Positions 17,503 to 26,599 of a DNA stretch of 37,729 bases are shown here, one piece after another; the stretch's first letter is position 1; every line of letters starts with the position of its first letter. The translations under genes and the position numbers were made by a program. The stretch lies in IMG/VR virus record IMGVR_UViG_3300005827_000050, positions 1 through 37,729 of that record. One strand, written 5' to 3'. The notes under the pieces are model-generated. The model worked only from the letters and a program-made list of their open reading frames with translations. It was not told where the DNA came from and did not search any database. This stretch comes from a virus.

Positions 17503-18453
17503 TTAAAAACCCATATCACTAATCGGTAAACTATTGCGTGGCTTCAAGTCCGCAATACCGTTTACTTTGTATATTCCTTTTTTGTAAGCGTCGTATTTAG
17601 TGCGTCCTAATACTTTTAATTGAAATGCTGCATCTTTAGTTTGGAACCATTCTCCATAGGATTGGTTCTTAATTACTCCATCCATAGATGCTCTTGTTTC
17701 ACTTTGGTATTCGTTAGATGTGATTGGTTTTAATGTACTCCGGCAACGGAAATGTAACTTTGGTTTATTAGGCATATCTTTGACTTTACCGAAGAAACGG
17801 CGATGATCATTCTCTCGGCAAATCTCGCTTGTTCTGCCGTCTAGTGTAGCGTCAAACTCATACCCGATCACTACTCCCAACTTCTCCATAGCCTCATAAC
17901 TATCATATAGCGACACCATACGAGCATCTGAAATAGTAGATTGAACCGCACTATAAAGCTGATTTTTGGTCAATGCTTCGTTCTTGATTCCCATCTCCCG
18001 TATGATCTGATTTGTGGGCATTCCCTGTGAAACACCTGATGCAAGTGTGACGCGAAGTTGTCTAATATGGTTTTCTTCCGTAAGTTTAAATAGGTCTTTA
18101 AATTCATATCCTAAAATCTCCCTTTTTCCACTTATTAAATAGTCGAGTGTTTTTTGTGGAAGTACCGCCGTACTAAATTCAAGTAGATACGGAGCATTGG
18201 TAATAATCGATGATTGTACTGATTCTTGTCCGACTTGCTCAAATAATCCTCCGTATGACGCTGTAATCTCGTCGGTTATCATAGCCTTAAGCTCATTGAG
18301 CTGTTTTCGTGTCGGAGTATCTCCTAGTTTAGCTATCTTTGCGTTAATGTGTTCCAAAGCAAGCTCTAATGATATGCGTGTATCGTTGTACCCTTTAGAA
18401 GCGTAAAGGCTCCATAGTGTTTCGGAGGTTAATGCGGTATCCTCGAAGTTCAT
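17503..18453 (-). CDS. head morphogenesis protein (Mu F / SPP1 gp7 family)
   Basis: DATLDGRTSEICRENDHRRF matches the Mu F-like motif. The ATG at 18453 is preferred over the track's TTG at 18456. Confidence 0.8.
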   Translation of the reverse strand: MNFEDTALTSETLWSLYASKGYNDTRISLELALEHINAKIAKLGDTPTRKQLNELKAMITDEITASYGGLFEQVGQESVQSSIITNAPYLLEFSTAVLPQKTLDYLISGKREILGYEFKDLFKLTEENHIRQLRVTLASGVSQGMPTNQIIREMGIKNEALTKNQLYSAVQSTISDARMVSLYDSYEAMEKLGVVIGYEFDATLDGRTSEICRENDHRRFFGKVKDMPNKPKLHFRCRSTLKPITSNEYQSETRASMDGVIKNQSYGEWFQTKDAAFQLKVLGRTKYDAYKKGIYKVNGIADLKPRNSLPISDMGF

Positions 18454-18548
18454 CAAACGCTCAACCTTGCTTTTTCAGCTTCCATCGCTTTATCGTCCAT
18501 AGGTGGCAAAATCTCCCCATCTATAAGCATTTGGATAAGAGTAATCAT
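18453..18548 (-). pseudogene. displaced duplicate of the portal C-terminus (intact 31-codon ORF)
   Basis: MITLIQMLIDGEILPPMDDKAMEAEKARLSV aligns with the portal end LLVLLQEGEILPTMTKEDLQLEKALI (about 11 of 26 identical). ATGA-coupled to the HNH stop and TGATG-coupled to the MuF start. Confidence 0.5.
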
Positions 18549-19357
18549 AATAATCTCCCTATAGAGTTTGCAAACTCTTCTGGCATTTTAGCATGTTTCT
18601 TATTGTTACATGATTTACAACTAACCACTAAGTTACTCAATGTATGCTCACCGCCCTTTGAAAGTGGAATATAGTGATCAATATGTACCTTTTTATTTTT
18701 TAATGAAGCGTTACACCAATAACAAACTTTTGCGTTTTGCTCTAAATTTATAATCTGTTGGTTTGTAATATCGCCTTTATTTTCTTTAATTCTTCTCTTA
18801 TTCTGTAGATTTTTTCTTATAATTTTTCCATTCGTTGATTCTCTATATTTTTTTTGTCTATTCTTAATTTTTTCACCATTCAACTGTCTATATATGCGTT
18901 GCCTTTCCATAATAGCACTTTTATTATTTAATGCGTGTTGCTTAGTTTTTTGTATGGCGCACTTAATACAGTAATTATCCTTACCATCTTTACTAGCTGA
19001 ACGCTTATAAAATAAATCTAATGAGTGGTACTCATTACATGATAAACAAAATTTCATTCCATCTATTTTAATATGCCTTATTATTTTTTCTTCTCTTGTT
19101 TTTTTTAATTTAGTAGATATTTTTTCTTTATTTCTTTCTGCCCATTCTCTACCTCTTTTATTGACATCATCTTTATTTTTAGTTCTATATTCAAGCTCTA
19201 ATTTTTTATTGCACTCTCTACATACGCTTTTAGTGCCATTTTTTACCCTACTACATTTATTAAACATACTTAATAATTTTATATTTTTACATTTAGTGCA
19301 TATTCTTGTTTGATATGTAATTTGAAGTTGTTGTATTTGTTGCATTGCAGTCTCCAT
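18545..19357 (-). CDS. HNH endonuclease with two N-terminal zinc-ribbon repeats
   Basis: The C-terminal CYWCN...HIDHYIPLSKGGEHTLSNLVVSCKSCNNKK is a canonical HNH motif. There are two CxxC...F...CxxC repeats upstream of it. Confidence 0.9.
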   Translation of the reverse strand: METAMQQIQQLQITYQTRICTKCKNIKLLSMFNKCSRVKNGTKSVCRECNKKLELEYRTKNKDDVNKRGREWAERNKEKISTKLKKTREEKIIRHIKIDGMKFCLSCNEYHSLDLFYKRSASKDGKDNYCIKCAIQKTKQHALNNKSAIMERQRIYRQLNGEKIKNRQKKYRESTNGKIIRKNLQNKRRIKENKGDITNQQIINLEQNAKVCYWCNASLKNKKVHIDHYIPLSKGGEHTLSNLVVSCKSCNNKKHAKMPEEFANSIGRLL

Positions 19358-19431
19358 ATTGCGATTTCTCCATTATGCGTATCAAACGAGCGGGTAATTA
19401 GTCCGCTCTACCTCGCAAAAGGATTGTAATA
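18549..19431 (-). mobile_element. free-standing HNH homing-endonuclease cassette inserted between portal and MuF genes
   Basis: The HNH gene interrupts the normally coupled portal-MuF pair and is flanked by a portal C-terminus duplicate. Confidence 0.45.
19388..19408 (-). promoter_or_regulatory. intergenic hairpin between portal and HNH genes
   Basis: GAGCGG pairs with CCGCTC: 6-bp stem with a 9-nt loop. Confidence 0.35.
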
Positions 19432-20742
19432 TTATACCATATTATTATTTATTAATGCCTTTTCTAGTTGAAGATCTTCTTTGGTCATAGTAGGTAAAAT
19501 CTCACCTTCTTGCAAAAGTACAAGTAATTTATCCCAAGATATTACTCCATCTGTGTATAATCCTTTATACGCTGTAACTTCCTGATCGCTCAATCGTTTA
19601 TCAAAGTAATCACGGTTTATATAAATCTTTGAGTCAAAATTTTGAACACCTTGATAAAACGCCATAATTTTAAATGCCTTATTAATACCTTCTTCAACTA
19701 TCTCAGCATAATATCCTAGCTTGCTTTCATTATCGGTATTTTGTATAGATACCTCTTTAGCAGTCTTTTGAATACCATCTGATACAAGTTCAGCAAGATA
19801 CGATCTCATATCCTCCTCGTCGTGTTGGATAAGCGAAGCTAAAATCTCATTGCTATGTCCTGATAATTCCACCCATTCAAACCCACTTTCATTACGTGGA
19901 GATGAGAAACTAATCCCGTTTGTAACTCCAACTTTCAGCCCAGTTTCATTTGAGTTTGGCATATAAACAACAGGAGTTGGATAAGCCGCAATCCGTGCGT
20001 AATATCGTTGTTCACTTGATAAGTTCATATGGTTCATATTAATACGTGCTAAGTCATAAAATGGAGGTATTGCATCTCGTCCGATCTTAATGATAGGGAT
20101 GAAGTTAAGTCCGGTATCATAACTTTCGTGCATATAATTTCGTTTACCGCTTTGTCTCCAAATCTCGACTCTTCCATCATCAAAATATACACGTTGTTGA
20201 GTCTTGATTGATTGCGAGTAAGTTCCGGCTTCTGCTATATATGACTCATCGTAGGTAATCATAGTGAAGTTACCCATTTCGTCCATTTTATAGTTACGAA
20301 TCATTTGTCGCTGAACATTTACAAAATACGGTCGTTTTGCTAATTCATCAGCTCTTGTTTGAACGTCTAAGTATGGCTCTTTTTCAACCAATAGGTAAGT
20401 ATGCCCATCCCTTGCCGCTGATACGGTAAGTTGTTTAGCGAAATTGGTTAAATTGTTTTGATAGTCGATTGTTTCCATATACGGAGCAAGCGGTGACGAC
20501 TCGATCTCACTCATGTCGATCGGTTTGCGGTAGATAATGTCACGGATAGAAGTTACCGCTTTTTTAGTGTAGTTTGATAGCTTGCGAAGTGCTAAACGCT
20601 TCTTATAATCTGTATCGCTTTCTCCGCTGTATTGGATGATATAAGTCGATGCGGTATCAACACCATTATAGAAGTCGTTTACAAACTTAACTTTTTCATA
20701 ATGTGTTTTTACTTCTTCGCTGGTAAAGTTAGGATGGAGCAT
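19432..20742 (-). CDS. portal protein
   Basis: 436 aa, immediately downstream of the large terminase gene. The N-terminal region resembles DUF4055-type portals from memory. Confidence 0.75.
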   Translation of the reverse strand: MLHPNFTSEEVKTHYEKVKFVNDFYNGVDTASTYIIQYSGESDTDYKKRLALRKLSNYTKKAVTSIRDIIYRKPIDMSEIESSPLAPYMETIDYQNNLTNFAKQLTVSAARDGHTYLLVEKEPYLDVQTRADELAKRPYFVNVQRQMIRNYKMDEMGNFTMITYDESYIAEAGTYSQSIKTQQRVYFDDGRVEIWRQSGKRNYMHESYDTGLNFIPIIKIGRDAIPPFYDLARINMNHMNLSSEQRYYARIAAYPTPVVYMPNSNETGLKVGVTNGISFSSPRNESGFEWVELSGHSNEILASLIQHDEEDMRSYLAELVSDGIQKTAKEVSIQNTDNESKLGYYAEIVEEGINKAFKIMAFYQGVQNFDSKIYINRDYFDKRLSDQEVTAYKGLYTDGVISWDKLLVLLQEGEILPTMTKEDLQLEKALINNNMV

Positions 20743-20778
20743 AATTATCCTTATATTGCATAATATGAAATTATAGCA

Positions 20779-22011
20779 TTAAGTGAATGAGCGGGTTGTG
20801 ATCGATGCAGTTGCCCTATTTATTCCATATCGTCTCGCAACAAAATACCCAAATGAGTCGTTATAGTCATCGATAGAACCTGCTTGATTAAACTTCTCAG
20901 GCTCTCCGTTTTTATATACCTGCTGTTCTAATGCTTCCGTACCTTTTGGGCAGTTCTTTGTATTAATAAAATATCGGTCATGTGCTAATAATCCATTTAC
21001 GGAATTAACACGATCTTGTACTCTTCCATTTTGCGATGGAACTTCAATAGTGAATCCTGCATCACGTAATATTTGAATATCTGAACGTGTTGCATTTGAT
21101 CTCTCGCTCTTGCCTGAAGCATCAGGGAACATTATTATTTTGTTATTTGGGTAAATCTTTCTAATATTAGTTGGGATTGAAAAAGTATCATAACTCTCTA
21201 TTTCATTTACTCTTATTATAATATGATCGCGTATTACATGAATAGTTGATATACAAGCACCAACGTTGAAGTCCTGCCCGATATATAAAGTCTCATCCTC
21301 TTCAGCTTCAACATTTACATGGTGCTTTTTGCGGTTAAAATATGAATACACTGATCCACTTGTTAGGTTTACAAATCGACCTTTCATATATGCTTCGAGT
21401 AAATTTGGAGGGTATGATTTCTTTAAATCGTCTATGAAGTCAGCAGGTAGGTATGGATTATTTTCTGTCTCAGCTCTGATAATACGACCGATTTTCATTT
21501 TCTCGAATAGCTCATACGCTCCAGCAAATCCCTCAGGGGTTGTAGTATTGAACATTTGGCGCACGTTACCTTTACGCAAACGCCCTTGCAGCTTCTTATA
21601 TGCCATTAATACTACTTCACGCTTTACTGTGTCCATTTCATCTGTACCAATGAAAGCGGCATTTACCCCGATAAGTCTTTGCCAATTCTCTAATGATCTC
21701 ATTAATATTTTAGTCTCGCCATCTTCAAAACGTATTCTCAAGTTTGGTTGAGGTGATTTAATAAGCGTGTGTTCGATGTCATTGTTTTCCAAAAACGATG
21801 TCATATCAGGTATAAGAATATCGTGTAGTAATGGCGCGGTAGGCTCGAGAAGTATTCCAGTATGTCCGACGTTCTTCGAGGCTAAATCATAGGCTTTAGT
21901 TACAAATGCGAATGTCTTACCAGCTCCATATCCTGCAAGAAGCAATAAGTGACGGGTGAAGTCATCTTGCAGGAACTCTACTTGATGATCGAGTAGCTCA
22001 ATTTCTTCCAT
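20779..22011 (-). CDS. terL: terminase large subunit
   Basis: Walker A LLAGYGAGKT and Walker B-like AFIGTDEMD. 410 aa. Overlaps the small subunit gene. Confidence 0.9.
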   Translation of the reverse strand: MEEIELLDHQVEFLQDDFTRHLLLLAGYGAGKTFAFVTKAYDLASKNVGHTGILLEPTAPLLHDILIPDMTSFLENNDIEHTLIKSPQPNLRIRFEDGETKILMRSLENWQRLIGVNAAFIGTDEMDTVKREVVLMAYKKLQGRLRKGNVRQMFNTTTPEGFAGAYELFEKMKIGRIIRAETENNPYLPADFIDDLKKSYPPNLLEAYMKGRFVNLTSGSVYSYFNRKKHHVNVEAEEDETLYIGQDFNVGACISTIHVIRDHIIIRVNEIESYDTFSIPTNIRKIYPNNKIIMFPDASGKSERSNATRSDIQILRDAGFTIEVPSQNGRVQDRVNSVNGLLAHDRYFINTKNCPKGTEALEQQVYKNGEPEKFNQAGSIDDYNDSFGYFVARRYGINRATASITTRSFT

Positions 22012-22603
22012 TTTCTGCCATTATCTCACGTTTACGCTCTTCGCTCATAGGTTTAAAGCCGACATACTTTGTAACGGTCTGTTGTGCATTAGTAAGGTTT
22101 ATGTCTTGTTTTGGGGCGTGACGATCTGATACTTTTAGAACTACTGAAGCCTTATCTACTGTGTTCATAGCTCTCTCGTAATCACCAGCTTGTAAATCAG
22201 TCTCAATAACATTAGCCTCTTTCATCCCTTCACCAATGTTTGCGGTAGTGACCTTTTGCGCCTTGCCTCCCTCTATCAATTTCTTAACTCCATCCAAAAT
22301 AGAACCTGTTACGTCAAACACTTTTAATCGGTTGTTATCGTCATTAAATTCTTGTTCAAGTCTGTACTTTATAGCATTATCTATAGCCGAAATTTCAGCC
22401 GAACTTTTATTTAACTTTTTTGCTTTTTCAACAATCAACCCAGCTTCGACAATATGGGAGTTTGTTGGCTTTTCTTTTCCGATTATTTTACCCACCATTA
22501 CATCACTAATTTTATATGCTTTTGCTAACTCTGCTTTTGTATATTGTCCAGTGTTCCATTTTGCAATAATATTAATCTTTTGACGTTCTGTGAGTTTAGC
22601 CAT
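21998..22603 (-). CDS. terS: terminase small subunit
   Basis: 201 aa with an N-terminal HTH (QYTKAELAKAYKISDVMVGKII). Lies directly upstream of and overlapping terL. Confidence 0.7.
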   Translation of the reverse strand: MAKLTERQKINIIAKWNTGQYTKAELAKAYKISDVMVGKIIGKEKPTNSHIVEAGLIVEKAKKLNKSSAEISAIDNAIKYRLEQEFNDDNNRLKVFDVTGSILDGVKKLIEGGKAQKVTTANIGEGMKEANVIETDLQAGDYERAMNTVDKASVVLKVSDRHAPKQDINLTNAQQTVTKYVGFKPMSEERKREIMAENGRN

Positions 22604-22614
22604 TCCCCTACCCT

Positions 22615-22926
22615 CTAATCCACATAAAATAATAATCCATGCTCTTGTTTATCTTCATCAAACGTATTATCGCATACATGAGGAGTAATTGCGTGTACGG
22701 CTTCTACAAATGCAATTACACCGTCAATATTGTAATGATCGCTAATAAGTTGATAGATTAGGTTTATTTGAGGCGTTAGCTTATCAAGGTTTGAAGTGTA
22801 TAGTCTGTGTTCCATGATATATGAATGACTTTCTTTTGCACCACACATAATGCACGCCGTAGCAACCTTTGATAGGTCGTCGTTAAAAAGCTCTGATATA
22901 ACAAATAGCTTTTTTTGTGCGGTCAT
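22615..22926 (-). CDS. hypothetical protein (first gene of the late block)
   Basis: 103-aa ORF. No motif recognised. Confidence 0.55.
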   Translation of the reverse strand: MTAQKKLFVISELFNDDLSKVATACIMCGAKESHSYIMEHRLYTSNLDKLTPQINLIYQLISDHYNIDGVIAFVEAVHAITPHVCDNTFDEDKQEHGLLFYVD

Positions 22927-22986
22927 TCTCTAACCTAACCGACCATTTATTAAATCATCTTTTAAAAATATAATTTTTTTCATAAC

Positions 22987-23033
22987 TTCACCTTTTAAAT
23001 AATCTGAAATGGACGCACCGTAAAAAAGGTGAA
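22987..23033. repeat. 10-bp inverted repeat upstream of the late operon
   Basis: TTCACCTTTT (22987-22996) pairs with AAAAGGTGAA (23024-23033), with a 27-nt spacer. Confidence 0.6.
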
Positions 23034-23307
23034 TTAAAAACGATGCGCCTATTTCAAACTATTCTGACCTCTTAACCTATCTTGCGAAGCTACCATTGGC
23101 ACCTTATCAGAAAAGAGGAACCTTTTGTGAAACACACTATGCAGTATCGGATACCGTAAAGGTAGATCATACATCCCGCTATTCATACTGCGTTTATTTA
23201 CGGACGTTTGCTCCGATGTGTGCTTCATTAAAAGTTCCGACGCTCACCTTTCGTGAGTTTGTCGATGCAACCCCCGATTACTCAGTGATTGCGTATGTGA
23301 TATTATA

Positions 23308-23451
23308 CTATTTTTTTGCTTTATTTGCGCGATATTTTTTCATTTTACAAGAGTTAGAGCAAAACTTTTTTACTTTTAACCCTACAATTGTTTTTCCACA
23401 TACCCCACATGATGAATATACTATTTTACGGAATTGATGAATACTACTCAT
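23308..23451 (-). CDS. 47-aa zinc-ribbon protein (CxxC ... FCSxxC, TRASH/FCS-like)
   Basis: Hand translation: MSSIHQFRKIVYSSCGVCGKTIVGLKVKKFCSNSCKMKKYRANKAKK. The ATG overlaps the stop of the IbrA-like gene (ATGA). Below the ORF-track cutoff. Confidence 0.6.
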   Translation of the reverse strand: MSSIHQFRKIVYSSCGVCGKTIVGLKVKKFCSNSCKMKKYRANKAKK

Positions 23452-24650
23452 AATATTCCTTTTTTTGATTTTTTAATCTCTTTAAATCTGATATATGCAT
23501 CTGATTTAGGTTGTGACTGTCCTAATCCTTTACACCAATAATCATTTCTCAAAATACACTTAGCCATTCTTCTCCACGATGGTGCCCATTGTTTTGCCTC
23601 AAGTTCTGCTGGCACTTCATCAGGTATGGTAATATAACCTCTGTCTTGCCACGACTTGATAAACTTTTTAAATCTATCTTTGTAATGCATACCTGTTTTC
23701 CTTGGCAGTGTTTGTAATAACAAATTTGTAAAGCTCTCCCATGTGTGACCGTGTGGTTTTGATATCTTATTATATCCTGTCATATTTCCACTTTCTTGAA
23801 TATATAAAGCTCCACTATTTGCACCATTTACACGGTTTACTACTTTTCCCCACGTTTCAGGCTCTAAGATATGATATAACCATAAGCCTTGACGCTGATC
23901 GTCTCCGTATGGCTGGCATAGGCGTTGCTGTGATAATTTTACACCTGCCATATTCATTTTGTCGTAAATCTCATTATGTCCTAATGAGTTAAATTTACCA
24001 TGAAAACGCCAAATATCTTCTGTTTTCCAGTCATAAATAGGGTAAACATTATAAAGGTTGTCTTCTACTTTAGAAGTCCAGTGATAATCGTTAAACATAC
24101 CATCAATTTTATATGAAGTAATAGCACGATAACGGTGTAGGCTTTCATCTGCACGAATACCAATAAACGCAGCTGTTGGCTGATCTCCTCCGTACCATTC
24201 ACCAAACAACACCATAAACTCTTCAAACTCCATTTTATCAATAAAAAATGGGTAATCTTCTGCTACTTTTGCTTCTTTTGGTTTTTGTCTTACCCAAATA
24301 TCTTTCTTTTCTTCTTCCCAACAGCACCAGCGAGGATCGTAATTTGTAAGCGCATTTCTAAGCAATAATGGAACGCATACCCAATGTAAATCTATTACGT
24401 CTTTGTATTCTTCTATCATGTAGTGAATATGACGTATAGTATCATCGTATTGAGCTTCAAGGTCAATAATTAATAATCCAACAGTACGATTTCTTTTTCT
24501 TGCTTCTTGCAATACTAAATGAGTCATTACCGAACTGTCTTTACCTCCTGAAAAAGAGATATAGATATTATTAAAACCGTCAAAAATATTACTTACACGC
24601 TCTTTTGATGCAGTATATACATCAATATTTTTATATAATTTGGTTCTCAT
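23448..24650 (-). CDS. IbrA-like PAPS reductase-family PP-loop protein with C-terminal extension (DUF3440-like)
   Basis: PP-loop SFSGGKDSSVM, then IIDLEAQYDDT. 400 aa, the size and layout of IbrA-type proteins. Its start abuts the ParB-like gene stop (24650). Confidence 0.75.
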   Translation of the reverse strand: MRTKLYKNIDVYTASKERVSNIFDGFNNIYISFSGGKDSSVMTHLVLQEARKRNRTVGLLIIDLEAQYDDTIRHIHYMIEEYKDVIDLHWVCVPLLLRNALTNYDPRWCCWEEEKKDIWVRQKPKEAKVAEDYPFFIDKMEFEEFMVLFGEWYGGDQPTAAFIGIRADESLHRYRAITSYKIDGMFNDYHWTSKVEDNLYNVYPIYDWKTEDIWRFHGKFNSLGHNEIYDKMNMAGVKLSQQRLCQPYGDDQRQGLWLYHILEPETWGKVVNRVNGANSGALYIQESGNMTGYNKISKPHGHTWESFTNLLLQTLPRKTGMHYKDRFKKFIKSWQDRGYITIPDEVPAELEAKQWAPSWRRMAKCILRNDYWCKGLGQSQPKSDAYIRFKEIKKSKKGIL

Positions 24651-25825
24651 TAGTATAGCTCCGACTGACGAAATGGTTTTGCTTCTTCCATTGATACTTC
24701 ATCACGCCCATTATTTTTTAGCCAAATGTTAAGATATTTTAGTGCCATATTATCAGCACGCAACTGCTCATATTCGTTAAGTAAAAACCAACCGGCTCTA
24801 TATGTTGCAGGTATTCCAGTTGCATAACAAACAGAAGCTTGACCAAGCCATGCAATACGGTTAAATGCAATATTTGTTAGATTTTGCTCGCATGAATATT
24901 TCCAATTATGTACAATATAATTTAATGCCTCTTCAAACTTATTTATGTCTTTTAAAAAGTTTGCGAATTTTTGTTCCGCTTCTTCTTTTTTCATTCCGTC
25001 AACTGAGGTATTAAAAAACCCTGCGGCAAAACATTCCCACTTATCATATGTGTGAAAAATACGGTCATAAGAAGCATTAACTGTATTCCTGAGATTTAAC
25101 CGTTCCATTTCCATTTCTGTAACTTCATCTGTTAAATCTTCCCATGCTTCAAAATTAGCCTCGGTAACATCCCAAGACATAGAAAACTCTTCATCTTTAA
25201 ATAAGTCTTGAAGCCCTGTAATTTGGCAAAGTCTTAAAACTTCATCCTCATCCATCCCAAGCTCTTTACAAATACGAGAATTAGCCCAATTTCTATTTTT
25301 AAGCTCAACAACAATGTCAGACATTGCGTCAACTTTATGCTTTCCTCTTGCTCTGTTATGCCGAATTGTTGAAGCAATACGATCATTTTTATTTTCACGA
25401 TCTGAAGCCACTGCAACAATAGGAAGATAACCGTGAATTCTACTTTGAATTTCATCGCACTCTTTACCTACTCTGTGACGGTGAAAACCATCAATTACCT
25501 CATGATCTACTTTTTCGCTGTTAGACCATGTAACAATAGGCTGTGTATACCCATCGGAAGCAATAGATAGTCTTAATAGCTCCATTTCAGGTGGTGCTAC
25601 CGTATTAGGGTTATAGTCATTAGCCCCAACAGTAGTATTTTTAACCCATTGCACTAAATCTACTGGCTCAGACTTAAAAGGACTAATTTCATGTATTAAA
25701 ACACGCATTAAATTAATACAATCAACTTTTGCATCTAGCTCTAAGTTTTTTAACTTTTCTAGTAAGCATCTAAGCTCAATCTCTACATGAGATAATACAC
25801 CTTGTTCTGCATATTCAAACTTCAT
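24650..25825 (-). CDS. IbrB-like ParB/Srx-fold nuclease-domain protein with unassigned C-terminal domain
   Basis: VIDGFHRHRV and RHNRARGKH motifs. The ATG at 25825 follows AAGGTGG (the track start at 25867 is TTG). The last roughly 170 aa (DKWECFAAGFF...AWLGQASVCYATGIP...) are unassigned. Confidence 0.7.
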   Translation of the reverse strand: MKFEYAEQGVLSHVEIELRCLLEKLKNLELDAKVDCINLMRVLIHEISPFKSEPVDLVQWVKNTTVGANDYNPNTVAPPEMELLRLSIASDGYTQPIVTWSNSEKVDHEVIDGFHRHRVGKECDEIQSRIHGYLPIVAVASDRENKNDRIASTIRHNRARGKHKVDAMSDIVVELKNRNWANSRICKELGMDEDEVLRLCQITGLQDLFKDEEFSMSWDVTEANFEAWEDLTDEVTEMEMERLNLRNTVNASYDRIFHTYDKWECFAAGFFNTSVDGMKKEEAEQKFANFLKDINKFEEALNYIVHNWKYSCEQNLTNIAFNRIAWLGQASVCYATGIPATYRAGWFLLNEYEQLRADNMALKYLNIWLKNNGRDEVSMEEAKPFRQSELY

Positions 25826-25887
25826 AAATCCACCTTTATTTAAGTTACGCAAATAATAACGTAACAAATATTAAACAACGCTTTAAT

Positions 25888-26277
25888 TTAAGCTAATTCC
25901 TTAATTTCAATCATAATTCCAACTCTAAAATAATATTGTTTCCGTGCAATCACGTAGCATACTTGCGAATCGTCAATATAAGCAACTCTATTTAAAGCAT
26001 CTTTAACCCCTTTTTGGAGATTATCAATATCAGGCTTTGACGTATGCCATAGTGTTTCTTCTTTTTTCTTTTTGCTCCATGACTTGGGTTGTTCAAAATA
26101 AAAGTCAACATACATGGCTATCGGTTTATCGGATACTTTAAACTTCGACTTTACGATCAAAGCGATAGCTTTTTTATAGTTTGTGTACTTTGGGTCGTTG
26201 TATGTGCCGTTACGTGTAACTCTTGGTCGTGGTGCCGGAATTGGTTGAAGTGGTACAAACACTTTATGATTTTCCAT
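25888..26277 (-). CDS. rusA: RusA-family Holliday junction resolvase
   Basis: PIPAPRPRVTRNG ... KPDIDNLQKGVKDALNRVAYIDDSQV is the RusA signature. Confidence 0.85.
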   Translation of the reverse strand: MENHKVFVPLQPIPAPRPRVTRNGTYNDPKYTNYKKAIALIVKSKFKVSDKPIAMYVDFYFEQPKSWSKKKKEETLWHTSKPDIDNLQKGVKDALNRVAYIDDSQVCYVIARKQYYFRVGIMIEIKELA

Positions 26278-26599
26278 CTAAATACTCCTCATAATATTTC
26301 TGTGCTATTGCGCGTTGTTCTTCAATCGGATATACTTCACGCCACTTTTTAGGTGAACCGTGAGGCGAAAGATGGTCGCTGTATTTGTGGTGAAACTCAC
26401 ACAACGGCAGAACTTCGTGATCGTTCTTAACGTCGCTAGAGTGTTCCTTTATATGATGAAGCTCAATTTGGGGATTACCGCATACTATACACCCGAAGCT
26501 TTGAGAGTGCATCCACGATAGAAACGCTTTATCTTTTAATGGCTTCGGCTTCAGTGTTCCGTTCTTTTGTAATTGTTCTGATTTTGATAATCCGATCAT
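26264..26599 (-). CDS. DUF968/Ref-like HNH-fold protein
   Basis: CIVCGNPQIELHHIK...KNDHEVLPLCEFHH...HG pattern. The ATG at 26599 is ATGA-coupled to an upstream micro-ORF. Alternative starts exist at 26638 and 26653. Confidence 0.6.
   Translation of the reverse strand: MIGLSKSEQLQKNGTLKPKPLKDKAFLSWMHSQSFGCIVCGNPQIELHHIKEHSSDVKNDHEVLPLCEFHHKYSDHLSPHGSPKKWREVYPIEEQRAIAQKYYEEYLDGKS

Noticed and set aside
23096-23437. 113-aa plus-strand ORF in the early/late intergenic region
   Set aside because: It runs against both flanking operons and overlaps the hand-found minus-strand zinc-ribbon gene (23308..23451), which is ATGA-coupled to its neighbour. It has no RBS and an odd composition.
24650-25825. 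ParB-like protein read as a plasmid-prophage partition protein
   Set aside because: No ParA/ParM partner or parS-like repeat array was seen. The HNRARG-type motif and tight coupling to a PP-loop PAPS-reductase-like gene fit the IbrB/IbrA-type pairing instead.
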